Origin: Cyanobacteria bacterium P01_A01_bin.123
Lineage (GTDB): Bacteria; Cyanobacteriota; Cyanobacteriia; Phormidesmidales; Phormidesmidaceae
Assembly: GCA_039815185.1 (NCBI GenBank)
Contig: JBCBZT010000011.1
Coordinates: 1 to 64,000 of the forward strand
DNA length: 64,000 nt
Direction of reading: 5' to 3'
Position 1 is the stretch's first letter. The number at the start of each line of letters is the position of its first letter. The notes beneath the pieces are model-generated. The model saw only the letters and a program-made list of their open reading frames with translations, searched no databases and was not told where the DNA came from. A program made the translations under genes and the position numbers. This document shows, in pieces, positions 20,699 to 30,253 of the stretch.

Positions 20699-22105
20699 CT
20701 AAACAACAATGGGCTGACCATCTGCTCGATAGAGCATGAAAGTAATACCAGGCGTCTGGATATTAAAAAACATCTTGGTTCCATCAGCAGAAAAACATCC
20801 CCCCGCAAATTCAGAGGTATTGAGATTGTTACGGACTAGCTTGAACAAACCACCCTGAGGCGTAACACCCACAATGAACTGCTCACCACCACCGTCTTCC
20901 ATCAGGTAAAGGCTGCCATCGGAAGCAATTGTGATGTTGTCAGGGTTATCTAGTTCAGTTTCGACAGTGGACTCAACAAACAGCGTCACAGCCTCGGTGA
21001 CATCGTCGTAGCACCAAACCTGACCATTGCCTTGATCACCGCCGCTAGTGCAGACCCAATAGATTTTACCGTTACCGGCCCAGGCACCTTCACCACGCGC
21101 GAAGATAGCACCTCCCAATTCCTGAGCATCAAACCGGAGAGTATCTTCATCAGGATTGATATTGACACCGTTTTGAATGAGGCTAACCCACTTCACTTGC
21201 AAAGGCTGATTTAGCAAAGGCAACACACCCGTACGGGTATCCTGAGGGCCGTCAACCAGGGTTAGCACCTCTAGTTCACCACCAGCAGCCAGATTACCAG
21301 GCTGGGTAGGTTTGTAACGGTAGATGCAACTGTCCCCACGATCTTCGGTCTCATAGACATAGCCAGTTGCAGGGTCAACTGCAACGGCTTCGTGGTTGAA
21401 ACGCCCCATCTCGATCAAGGCTACAGGATCAACAAGGCCACCCCGAGCCGGAACCTCAAAATTAAAGCCATGCTTTTGAGTCACAGCCGGGTTATCAGCC
21501 GGAACAGTAACATTCTCTTCACAGCTAATCCAGCTGCCCCAAGGCGTCGGGCCACCTGCGCAGTTGCGAATCGTCCCTGCGAGGGAGACGTAGTCACGAA
21601 TAACACGACCGTTGCGGTCTACGATAATGGTTGAGGTACCCCCTGCACCGATGCCCGGGCCACCATCACCATTGAACGGATCATAAGCTTTCTGCAAGCC
21701 AGTCCCCCCCGTGAAACCAGATCCGTCATCCTCACCGGGGCTGAGTTCATGGTTTTGAACCAGGATATAGGTACCCCGAGGCCCTGCGAAGCAAGCCATC
21801 CCATCATGGTCACTGGGGCAGGTTTTGCCATCGCTCATATTCATGCCACTCACGTGGAACGCACAATATTCGAAGCCAGCGGGAACCTCCAGCAAGGGGC
21901 CACCATCAGCAAGGTCAAATACGGCAGAAAACCGGGGGTCAATATTTGCAGGAAGCTTGGGAGCAATCGGCCCAAAAGGATCAGCTGCAGAGTTTTGTCC
22001 CAGAGCTTTACGAGCTAAAAATGCCTGTAGGGGAGACACAGCAACGGCACCAGCGGCGCTAGCGCCCATCATGCCAAAAAACTTACGACGAGATAGCGAA
22101 ACCAC
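20699..22105 (-). CDS. Tat-exported PhoX/DUF839-family phosphatase, short type
   Basis: SRRKFF Tat signal; HDG, NHE, NCAGGPTPWG..SCEE, MGRFNHEA, RGEG, NPDN, EDG, EFAG. Confidence 0.88.
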   Translation of the reverse strand: MVSLSRRKFFGMMGASAAGAVAVSPLQAFLARKALGQNSAADPFGPIAPKLPANIDPRFSAVFDLADGGPLLEVPAGFEYCAFHVSGMNMSDGKTCPSDHDGMACFAGPRGTYILVQNHELSPGEDDGSGFTGGTGLQKAYDPFNGDGGPGIGAGGTSTIIVDRNGRVIRDYVSLAGTIRNCAGGPTPWGSWISCEENVTVPADNPAVTQKHGFNFEVPARGGLVDPVALIEMGRFNHEAVAVDPATGYVYETEDRGDSCIYRYKPTQPGNLAAGGELEVLTLVDGPQDTRTGVLPLLNQPLQVKWVSLIQNGVNINPDEDTLRFDAQELGGAIFARGEGAWAGNGKIYWVCTSGGDQGNGQVWCYDDVTEAVTLFVESTVETELDNPDNITIASDGSLYLMEDGGGEQFIVGVTPQGGLFKLVRNNLNTSEFAGGCFSADGTKMFFNIQTPGITFMLYRADGQPIVV

Positions 22106-22636
22106 AGTCTATTCTCCTTCTCAGTAGAAAGTCAGAAACAAGCGCATCGTCTTCAAAAAAATCAAGCACGTCAGGGATTCAGCCTTGAAGAACTCGCCTT
22201 CTTGGAAACTGTCTCAAAGACATCAATCGACGACACCAATCGACACGACGGAAAATATGAAAGTTAATGGAGGAAAAATCCAGGAAGGCAAGATCACAAG
22301 CGTTTAAAGCACCTGTACCAAGACTTTCCCGTCAATAGTCATTCCGTATAGGAACATACCAGGCAAACTTGAACAGAGCGTTATCTCCAGGTAAAGAGGT
22401 CAGTAACTACACGGTCAAAAAGGCGAAAAAGCTTTCCCTGCCATGCTTTGACCCTTCAGAAAACCTAATGACTAAGTCTGGCTGCCCCAGATGAAAAATA
22501 AGTTTCTCGCAATCTTGTGGCGCTTTAATGATCTGAATTTTCATTGAAGATAAGACGTTGTCGACTGAAAGACTTGACTCAAAAGGGATTGAATCATCCA
22601 TAAGTCTTGTGTTGAAAACAGTCCATTATTTGAACC

Positions 22637-22848
22637 CTTAATCTAGGCGGTAAAATCCAGCAATAGATTACCTTTTGAAATACATAATCTTGGCTTAATC
22701 TCTAATTAAGCTATGCAGTGCCGGCTTAATATCATAGATATTCTATTTTCTCTCTTAAATTCTCAAAAGCTTTACCTATCAAGAGTTTCTGGATAGATCA
22801 ATACATAATCAACTCCTGTTCTTCCTTAATCTAACTATAATTTAATCT
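22637..22848 (+). promoter_or_regulatory. Cluster of Pho-box-like YTTAATCT octamers upstream of a PEP-CTERM gene
   Basis: CATAATCT/CTTAATCT/ATTAAGCT at 22683/22694/22705 (11-bp period); also CTTAATCT at 22637 and 22825, TTTAATCT at 22841. Confidence 0.45.
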
Positions 22849-23050
22849 TCCCCTTTGCTTATGAAAACCATGGGATATTCATGGGGCTACTTAGTGGTGC
22901 ATTATTAATTTTATGCATAAACTTTCTATGAATTTTCGGAAAGTTATATAGCCTCTGATAGTCAGATTTTCGTAATATTTCACTGGTGATTCCCGTCGTG
23001 GATTTACACCATCCAAGAGATTAATTCTTCCATTTTTAGGAGAACGCTAA

Positions 23051-23605
23051 ATGCATATGCTTGTCCATAGGCTTTCAGTGTCTGCAGCGATTGTAGGTTT
23101 ATCTGTAATTGCTGCTGGCAGTGCTGAAGCTGCTGATGTCACTCGCAACTTCTTAGTTGATATTCAAACGGGTGGTCTAGCTGACGAATTCTTCTTCGGT
23201 AGCGTTACGCTTGATGAGTCTCTCTTAGTACCGGCAGAAGGCGAGAAGACTGTTATCCTGTCTGCAGATCTATTCTCCCTAGAGTTTGACTTCCTAGATA
23301 CCATTTTTACCGAAGAGAATGACTTTTTCGGTTTTGCGGCCTTGGAAATTACTCAGTACGGCAATGTTGTGGGTCTAGGCTACACAGTTGATTCTCTAGA
23401 AGATCCCAATGCTTTCTTTGGTTTCTTGCCTACTGATGACAGCATTGGCGATGAGTTTTTCTATGATCAATTTGATGCAGCTGGTGCTGTTGTAGACTCT
23501 GGTGGAGGCATTTTAAAGGCAGTTCCGGAGCCCGGCTTTGCGATTGCTTTGGGCATCCTGGGTATGTTTGGGTGGGTTGGTCGAAAATCTCGCCAGACTG
23601 CCTAG
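23051..23605 (+). CDS. Acidic PEP-CTERM sorting-domain protein
   Basis: Signal peptide (AEA), D/E/F-rich body, VPEPG + TM + RKSR; RBS AGGAG. Confidence 0.88.
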   Translation: MHMLVHRLSVSAAIVGLSVIAAGSAEAADVTRNFLVDIQTGGLADEFFFGSVTLDESLLVPAEGEKTVILSADLFSLEFDFLDTIFTEENDFFGFAALEITQYGNVVGLGYTVDSLEDPNAFFGFLPTDDSIGDEFFYDQFDAAGAVVDSGGGILKAVPEPGFAIALGILGMFGWVGRKSRQTA

Positions 23606-23666
23606 TCTAAGATCCTTAGATTTAGCTTCTAAAGGATGTATTTCTCCAAATGAAATATTTGCTTAC

Positions 23667-23701
23667 AAGCTCTCTCTCAAGAGTCGAGGGAGAGCTTTTT
23701 T
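23667..23701 (+). terminator. Intrinsic terminator
   Basis: AAGCTCTCTCTC...GAGGGAGAGCTTTTT. Confidence 0.7.
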
Positions 23702-23733
23702 GAACGTTAGGACTACAAGAATAGCAGGCCTAT

Positions 23734-24216
23734 TTAATCTAAAGCATCCTCTAGTTCGATCTGCTCCTGTGAGCTTGGCAACGCAGCAGAATTAGGAGAT
23801 TGGGGAGACTCAACGGATCTTGAGTCGGGGGCTTGAGCAACAACCGTCACGTAGCTCAGTAGCCCCTCCGCAGTGTCGAGATATCTTATCCAGTCAGTCA
23901 CCTGACCATCCTCCTGCCAATCATCAAGAGACACCTCAGTTGTCATCAACGGCACAACCGTGCCGTTGCGTTCAGCCAAAATCTGTACAGACAGACTGGT
24001 AATGCTGGGATCAGCTGTTAACGTTTGGGAAATGCGCTGCAACGCCAAGGCCTCAGCTTCAGCCACAAGCTGTGAAAAAAACGGCATCTCATCAGCATTA
24101 ATGAGGATGCTTAACTGATCGGGTCGAGCCCAGCCAATCTCGGGGGAGAGTCCGAAGGTTCCTAGGGCAACAAAAACACTTGCACTTACATTTTTTAAGA
24201 CGTTGATGCATCTCAT
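23734..24216 (-). CDS. Secreted hypothetical protein, paralog of 29415..29912
   Basis: Signal peptide; ILAERNGTVVPLMTTEVSLDDWQ. Confidence 0.75.
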   Translation of the reverse strand: MRCINVLKNVSASVFVALGTFGLSPEIGWARPDQLSILINADEMPFFSQLVAEAEALALQRISQTLTADPSITSLSVQILAERNGTVVPLMTTEVSLDDWQEDGQVTDWIRYLDTAEGLLSYVTVVAQAPDSRSVESPQSPNSAALPSSQEQIELEDALD

Positions 24217-24358
24217 GGATCTATCAATCTTCCCAGATTAATATTTTTTCTCTTTGAAAAGCATGCTTTCAACTTTCAGCTGCTCTCTTATTAGAACAGT
24301 TGAAAGTTAAGGTTAGTCAAAGAAATATCCTATGCCGAATGTCAGTTTTCTAGTCTGG

Positions 24359-25441
24359 CTATCTTAAGAAAAAAGTAATTAATACATAGCGACTCCCACG
24401 GGTAACCGGGGTGACTTCATGCAAATGAGAACACGAAAAGACTAGCGCCTCTCCTTGCGCTGGACGATAAAGATCCGGACCATATTCTGAGAAGCGGAGG
24501 GCTCCCCCTTGGTAGCTATCAGGAACATTGAGGTTCAGCGTTAGGGCAAATCGTCGTCTGGCGACTTCCTGAGTATTATTATCCCGGTGAGGCCCAAAAA
24601 ATCCGTTATCTTTACCGTCGTAACGAACAATCTTTAGCGCTTCAAAGCTGCTAGGTTCAAAGTGGAAGGCCTTTTTCATTTCGGGTAAAAGGCGGCGTGC
24701 TAGCAAATCTGTAATGGTTTGAGTAATACCGGGATTTTCTACGAGGTGATCAACGCGTCGCTTGGTATCTGCCTGTTGCATCATTTGTCGCTTACCGTCA
24801 ATTTGCCTAACCATCCCTGAAGCGAATGTTTTGCCTTGGGCGTGGGCTTTTATGAGCCGTTTGCACAGCTGCATATCTAGAACATCCGGGACTAATAAAA
24901 CAGGGGCTAGGGTTTGGACTTGACGGGGGGGGTGTTCAAATCGCAGTGAGGTAATGGTGGTTTCAACAGCACTGCAGATAATATCTGGAGAAGCCTTAAC
25001 TTTTTGATTGGGAAAAGTGTTGCGGATACGTAAATTTGCATCTAAGACTAGAATCCGAAAGTTGGATTGGGAAGGCCCCTGCGTTAAAGCCATAGAAACC
25101 GTGCCATCGTCTGACCAAATTGGAAACTGTAAATCTAATTCAGTTTTTAGCTCAGCATTTGCCGCTACAGTTTGAGGCATCAGGGCTAAGACGCAGACAT
25201 CTTCAACCGCACTAAACTGAGCTGATAAGGCTTGCAACGTTGCTAAAGAACTGGGCTTAGCTGGGAGGTTGCTTGCTACCGCAAGGATCACGATCTTACC
25301 TTTCGGATATTCGTAAAACGCCTGGGGCTGACCGGTTTGATCAGGACGTAAAAAATCTAAAAGGCGATCGCCCGGTTCAAAGCCAGTTGAGGGTTGAGTC
25401 AGATCAGCAGCATTGGCAGAGTTCAGGGCAGATTTACTCAT
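24359..25441 (-). CDS. Redoxin-like domain fused to a 2OG-Fe(II) oxygenase
   Basis: N-terminal GD.LLDF..FPIWSD..LVLDANLRI; C-terminal HRD...HEVTPVTRGSRY. Confidence 0.85.
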   Translation of the reverse strand: MSKSALNSANAADLTQPSTGFEPGDRLLDFLRPDQTGQPQAFYEYPKGKIVILAVASNLPAKPSSLATLQALSAQFSAVEDVCVLALMPQTVAANAELKTELDLQFPIWSDDGTVSMALTQGPSQSNFRILVLDANLRIRNTFPNQKVKASPDIICSAVETTITSLRFEHPPRQVQTLAPVLLVPDVLDMQLCKRLIKAHAQGKTFASGMVRQIDGKRQMMQQADTKRRVDHLVENPGITQTITDLLARRLLPEMKKAFHFEPSSFEALKIVRYDGKDNGFFGPHRDNNTQEVARRRFALTLNLNVPDSYQGGALRFSEYGPDLYRPAQGEALVFSCSHLHEVTPVTRGSRYVLITFFLR

Positions 25442-25491
25442 AGTCGGCTCTTATTGGGGTATATCAACCCTTCAACTCAGATACAAAAACA

Positions 25492-25519
25492 TGGTGGCAT
25501 GCTTGAGCATGCCACCATA
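25492..25519 (-). terminator. Terminator of the second PhoX gene
   Basis: ATGGTGGCATGCT/AGCATGCCACCAT stem with an A-run on the left. Confidence 0.75.
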
Positions 25520-25566
25520 CCGAATGAGGGCTGGCCAACCGCAAACGACTGGCCAGTCCATCATCC

Positions 25567-27963
25567 CTAGCCTTTGGGCTTAATCCCAATCACACAAGGG
25601 CGAGGCGGGCCGAAGGCAGTGCTAGCCCCCCCATCAGCCGTCGGAACGTTGCTGGGGAAGTTACTACCCAGCGGTACGGTACGGTTCTGAGTGAACAGCG
25701 TGCCATCCAGATTCAACATCTCGATATCTTGATTCAAGGGCGCTTGACCTGGAGCGCCGATAGGTACATCTTCACCGGGGTGTTGTACTGCCAGCACCAG
25801 AGTGTCGTTCAAGAAGGTAGGACCTGTCATTTCGCACCGCGGGGGACCGTAGGCGAAAGGAACCACCTCTCCAGCATTAGGGCCAGACGTAGGGATGTAG
25901 AACAGCCAGTTGTTACCAAACACGCCCACTAAAGCATCCGTTCCGCCTGTGTCTGCGTGGTCGATAGTACGAGGTTCAGGTGCGGCACCCGTGCGGAAGC
26001 CATTCTGGCGACTGGTGGACATGTCGGTTACACCCCAAACGTTGCCGCTGGTGTCGAAGGCCAGGTTGTCTACGTTCGCGAAACCTGCACCGTTGTCGGC
26101 GCCTGCTTCACCAGCCTGGGTGAAGGCCGTCCAGCGGAAGGTTGTACCGGCACCATTGGGGCTGTCTTCACTAATCTTGTAAAGCGCACCACTGGGCTGC
26201 TGAGCATCCACGTCTGCGCTGAGCTTACCTGTGCGGAAGATGCGCGAATCAGGATAGCCATCACCCCCGGCAATGTGGTCAGTGTAAGCAATGAAAACAT
26301 CATTAGTAACCGGCTGAACCTCTAAGTCTTCAGGACGAGAGGAAGGAGTCGCCCCAATTAGGTTTGCGGCTAAGAAGGCGTCACACAAGACAGCTCCTTG
26401 GCTCGTATAGAAGTCAGCCAGTGTCTTACCTTGGTAGCCAGGCAAGATCGCAGCTTCATTAGTCGTGGTCACAACAATGGAGCCGCCATCCTCAGTTGCA
26501 ACAATGGGGGCACCCGTATCGTCAATCCCAGCCACTAAACCAGCACGCTGGGGCAGACGATTGCCAGCATCTCTTTGGGCTTCACCCAGTGCCGAAATTT
26601 CTGCGGAACCCAACACGGAAGGCGGCGTAGGATTAGTGAGTGCGCTGAGCTCCAGCGGCAGCCACGTCCCAGTACCGTTGGCGCTGAACTTCGCAACATA
26701 CAGCGTGCCATTTTCAAACAGAGCACTGTTGCTCTTGTCGCTGAGGTTGCCCAGCGTGCCTTCACTGACGTACTTCCAAGTATGGCCACCCCGACGATCA
26801 TCACCCATGTAAGCAACCAGCGGTTCACCAGGCTTCAGGCGGAAAGTAATATTTTCATGACGGAAGCGCCCCATAGCCGTATGCTTCTCAGCACGACTAC
26901 TGGCGTCTGCTACATCAATTTCGACCATCCAACCGTACTTCTCACCGACTAGACCAAAGGTTTCGCCAGTAGTGCCTTCGGTGTAGCCCGTTTGAGTCCC
27001 GTTAGGCAGCAAACCTTCGGTAACCCCAACGAAGAAAGTCGAACTCCCTTGGAAATTCTCTTCTGCCGTTAGGATCGTGCCCCAAGGGGTAGTGCCACCA
27101 GAGCAGTTGTAGGCCGTGCCAATAATCCTGTTGCCCAGACCGTCAGAACTCCGCGGGAATACGTCAGTTGAAGCAGGGCCAGTGCCTACCAAATAATTGC
27201 TGTCACCGCTTTGGTAACTGCGAGGGCCCCAAGCGGAAGGAAATTCAGAACGACCACTATTTAGCCCTAAACCAGACAAACCATGGATGCGGCGGTTAGT
27301 GGGGTCTGCCTGAACAGCGTAGCGACCATTGGCACCTTTTGTGATGCGGATGATAGAACCACCCAGGTTATAGAGAGCCTCACCGCGAAACTCGACGCTG
27401 GTGCCATCAGTAGAGAGTTCAAAGCCAATGACGGATGCAAAACTTGAGGGAGACTCAGCCAAATCTGAAGGAGCACCCGGTGAAGCAGGAGAGAAGGGGA
27501 AGGAAGTGTACTCGTGGTTGATCCACAAGTAGCCATCGTCCAAGTTGCTAGACCCGCGTCGATCACCACCAGAGTTCAGCGGCACAAAACCCGTGTAGTC
27601 GTTGTTGTAACCAACATACTCTTCACTGTTGGCAAAGACGCGATCGCCCCACTTAACAATGACATAGCGCTCATATTCTGGGGGAACGATAACGTCGTCA
27701 ACGATATTATAGGCACTCAACCTCGTATCAGCAGAGGCTGACATCACATCACCTTGACCACCAGGGCCAGTGGGCATAAAACTCTGTTGATTTTGATAGA
27801 TAGGCAGCGGGTGGGGCAAACGTACAGGAGTAACGGGCACACCCTGGGCAAATGCAACACTACGGCGACCCAATAAACGCGCGGGCAGCATAGGGGCTAC
27901 GACGGTAGTTGCTGCACTTGCACCGAAAAAGACAAGTAGTTGCCTACGAGAAATCTTAGACAC
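25567..27963 (-). CDS. phoX: Tat-exported PhoX-family alkaline phosphatase, long type
   Basis: SRRQLL Tat signal; GYNNDY, WINHEY, NCSGGTTPWGT.LTAEEN, GRFRHE, YMGDD, GTLYVAKF, RPED, NVDN, EMTGP, VQHPGE. Confidence 0.92.
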   Translation of the reverse strand: MSKISRRQLLVFFGASAATTVVAPMLPARLLGRRSVAFAQGVPVTPVRLPHPLPIYQNQQSFMPTGPGGQGDVMSASADTRLSAYNIVDDVIVPPEYERYVIVKWGDRVFANSEEYVGYNNDYTGFVPLNSGGDRRGSSNLDDGYLWINHEYTSFPFSPASPGAPSDLAESPSSFASVIGFELSTDGTSVEFRGEALYNLGGSIIRITKGANGRYAVQADPTNRRIHGLSGLGLNSGRSEFPSAWGPRSYQSGDSNYLVGTGPASTDVFPRSSDGLGNRIIGTAYNCSGGTTPWGTILTAEENFQGSSTFFVGVTEGLLPNGTQTGYTEGTTGETFGLVGEKYGWMVEIDVADASSRAEKHTAMGRFRHENITFRLKPGEPLVAYMGDDRRGGHTWKYVSEGTLGNLSDKSNSALFENGTLYVAKFSANGTGTWLPLELSALTNPTPPSVLGSAEISALGEAQRDAGNRLPQRAGLVAGIDDTGAPIVATEDGGSIVVTTTNEAAILPGYQGKTLADFYTSQGAVLCDAFLAANLIGATPSSRPEDLEVQPVTNDVFIAYTDHIAGGDGYPDSRIFRTGKLSADVDAQQPSGALYKISEDSPNGAGTTFRWTAFTQAGEAGADNGAGFANVDNLAFDTSGNVWGVTDMSTSRQNGFRTGAAPEPRTIDHADTGGTDALVGVFGNNWLFYIPTSGPNAGEVVPFAYGPPRCEMTGPTFLNDTLVLAVQHPGEDVPIGAPGQAPLNQDIEMLNLDGTLFTQNRTVPLGSNFPSNVPTADGGASTAFGPPRPCVIGIKPKG

Positions 27964-28283
27964 AGAAACCTTCCTTGCACTGAAAAGTCAGACTCACAAC
28001 CAGACAAACAATCTCAAGCTAGGAAGACCACGATCTACAACTGCCCGAACAAAATTCACGAGACACAAATCTATCAACTGGTGAGACAGCGAACCCATGA
28101 TTAGCATGCGTGAATGCAGCCAAAATTATCGAAAACATCCACGCCGATTGCAGAATAAAGTGGCCCCAGCATGCGAACCAAAAAAACACAGCGATAGCCG
28201 CGAAAACTACCACTGCACTCCCCTACTACAGCTAGTTAGGATGTACGCTTTCACACTTTCCAATAGTGGATGGTACGAGGCTA

Positions 28284-28314
28284 AGGTTAAGACAAGGCTA
28301 TTTAAAGGATTAAA
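28284..28314 (-). promoter_or_regulatory. Putative Pho box upstream of phoX
   Basis: Consensus CTTAACCT (28291-28284) with weaker AATAGCCT and TTTAATCC at 11-12 bp steps. Confidence 0.45.
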
Positions 28315-28427
28315 TATAGGTAATTCCTGGGACGATGTGTAGCTAATAGGTTGTCGCTCCCTGGGGATTTCAACGATTTTTGGAAACTTTTGAGACGTCT
28401 TAAAAAAAAGTTCAAGTTAACCACAAT

Positions 28428-28463
28428 ATTGATTTCACTTGATCTAAATCATTGATTTCACTT
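28428..28463. repeat. 13-bp direct repeat ATTGATTTCACTT
   Basis: Exact copies at 28428 and 28451. Confidence 0.75.
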
Positions 28464-28712
28464 AAGTCTTGTCAGTAACTCATCTAAAGTTTCTATGAAG
28501 TTTCAGTGGAAACGCTACATTTGCGTACGATGTTTGTTTAACTACGGGGTGTTTGTACGCGAAGCTTTCCTCAATTACCCCCCAAGCGCCGACCTTGTAT
28601 CGTCGGTAATCTCCCCTGCTGCTAAAGTCCGGTTTACTTAGCGCTTTGGTTTTTCTCAGAAAAGATCTTCTGAGGAACCATTGTGGATAATTCACAGAGG
28701 AGATAAGCGAAA

Positions 28713-29276
28713 ATGTTTGGATTGTCTCAGAAGTTTGCGGCTGTTGCTGCGGGTTCTCTAGTCGCTGTTGGGGCTATTGGTGTTAACTCAGCACAGGCGG
28801 TCACCTTCTTCTCATTCGAAGTTGAATTGACAGATGTATCGGGTGATACCGATCCTGCCATCGGTGATGCCTTCGAAGGTACTTTTAGTTTTGAGGAAAC
28901 AGCAGGTTTGGTTGCTGGCGGTATTGAAACTTTTGACCTGACCGCTTTCGAGTTTGATTTTCTGGGCAGTTCTTTTGATTTGGGTTCTGACTCCAGAGTG
29001 GCGAGTCTCTCTGGATTTCCCAAGGTTGCATTTGATGTTGCTAGCGGCGATATCTTAGGGTTGGACTTCTTCACCGAGTCTTTCCTACCAGCTACCAACA
29101 TTGATTTGCTTGACAACGAATTTGAATTCTCGACCGCAACGGGTGTTTCTGGTAGTGGTCTCGTCTCTTATTCGCCTATCGATGATCCAGGGGCTTCTGT
29201 TCCTGAACCAGCGACTATACTTGGCCTAATTGTGATTGGCGCGGGTAGCTTGGTTGTGCGTAAACAGCAGGCTTAA
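28713..29276 (+). CDS. Acidic PEP-CTERM sorting-domain protein
   Basis: Signal peptide (AQA), D/E/F-rich body, VPEPAT + TM + RKQQ; RBS GAGGAG. Confidence 0.9.
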   Translation: MFGLSQKFAAVAAGSLVAVGAIGVNSAQAVTFFSFEVELTDVSGDTDPAIGDAFEGTFSFEETAGLVAGGIETFDLTAFEFDFLGSSFDLGSDSRVASLSGFPKVAFDVASGDILGLDFFTESFLPATNIDLLDNEFEFSTATGVSGSGLVSYSPIDDPGASVPEPATILGLIVIGAGSLVVRKQQA

Positions 29277-29310
29277 GTCGGGCTAGTAAAATGTTTTGAT
29301 TGAATTCCAA

Positions 29311-29339
29311 AGCGGTGATGCATTCAGTGTGTCACCGCT
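29311..29339. terminator. Hairpin between convergent genes
   Basis: AGCGGTGATGCA...TGTGTCACCGCT. Confidence 0.6.
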
Positions 29340-29414
29340 CTGGTTTACCAGGGTTTTACAGTTGCCTGTGCATCCTATTAGCTGTTTTGCGAGGCAAGAT
29401 TGATTCCTGGCAAC

Positions 29415-29912
29415 TTAATCATCTCTAAAAGCCGGATCGTTTTCGATTGGGTCTATCGAATCTACGGGAGCCGTGCGTTGGGGCCTGGGATTTGCAGCCG
29501 GGGGCCGATCTGGTATTGAGACGCCTATGGCAAGCAGTGTCTCAGAGCTAAAGGAGGGTGCAGCCCAAGCTATCCAACGAGCTAGGTTAGATTGAACCTG
29601 CCATTCGCTGCGGGGAACGTTGAGGGAAACCAGCGGGACAATCCGACCGTTGCGATCAGCCATAATCACGAGTACAACTTCCGAAACGTTAGCATCTTGG
29701 GCAAATGTCGCGTCGATAGCCTGTCTGGCTAAGCCTTCGGCTTCCTGCCAAATTGATTCATAGGTCACTTCACCATAGACGTCAAACGTGAATTCAACGC
29801 GCTCAGAATCGGCCTTGGCGGATGGTGGAAATATGATGAATAAGCTTGCTAATGCTGTTGCCAATATTGCTGGCCACCAGCAACGATGTCTAGGCAAAAT
29901 CATAGGTTTCAA
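29415..29912 (-). CDS. Secreted hypothetical protein, paralog of 23734..24216
   Basis: Signal peptide (AKA); IMADRNGRIVPLVSLNVPRSEWQ. Confidence 0.75.
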   Translation of the reverse strand: MKPMILPRHRCWWPAILATALASLFIIFPPSAKADSERVEFTFDVYGEVTYESIWQEAEGLARQAIDATFAQDANVSEVVLVIMADRNGRIVPLVSLNVPRSEWQVQSNLARWIAWAAPSFSSETLLAIGVSIPDRPPAANPRPQRTAPVDSIDPIENDPAFRDD

Positions 29913-30253
29913 GTAATTTCAAGAACGCGATTTCAGGGGTTATTTCTAGCAGGTTGATCAAAAAAATATCTGCTATATAAGGTGCGGCAACAAAAATCTA
30001 GCTGCATTCTATAGATCATCTCATAAACTTCAACCCTGATGTCTATTAATGCTATTTTTTATCCGCTGTTTTGGATTATCTGTAATATCCGTAAAAGTGC
30101 CATGGGATTTATAGCAATCACCACTTTAAAAGTAGGATATTTTATGGATTACCTGGATTTCCATCCTGGTTCTTGACTAAAGCGGGAATAACGGTCGAAG
30201 AATGTCCTCGATCAATTGGCGATCGCTGTATTTCTGTTTTTCGCTACTTTCTG

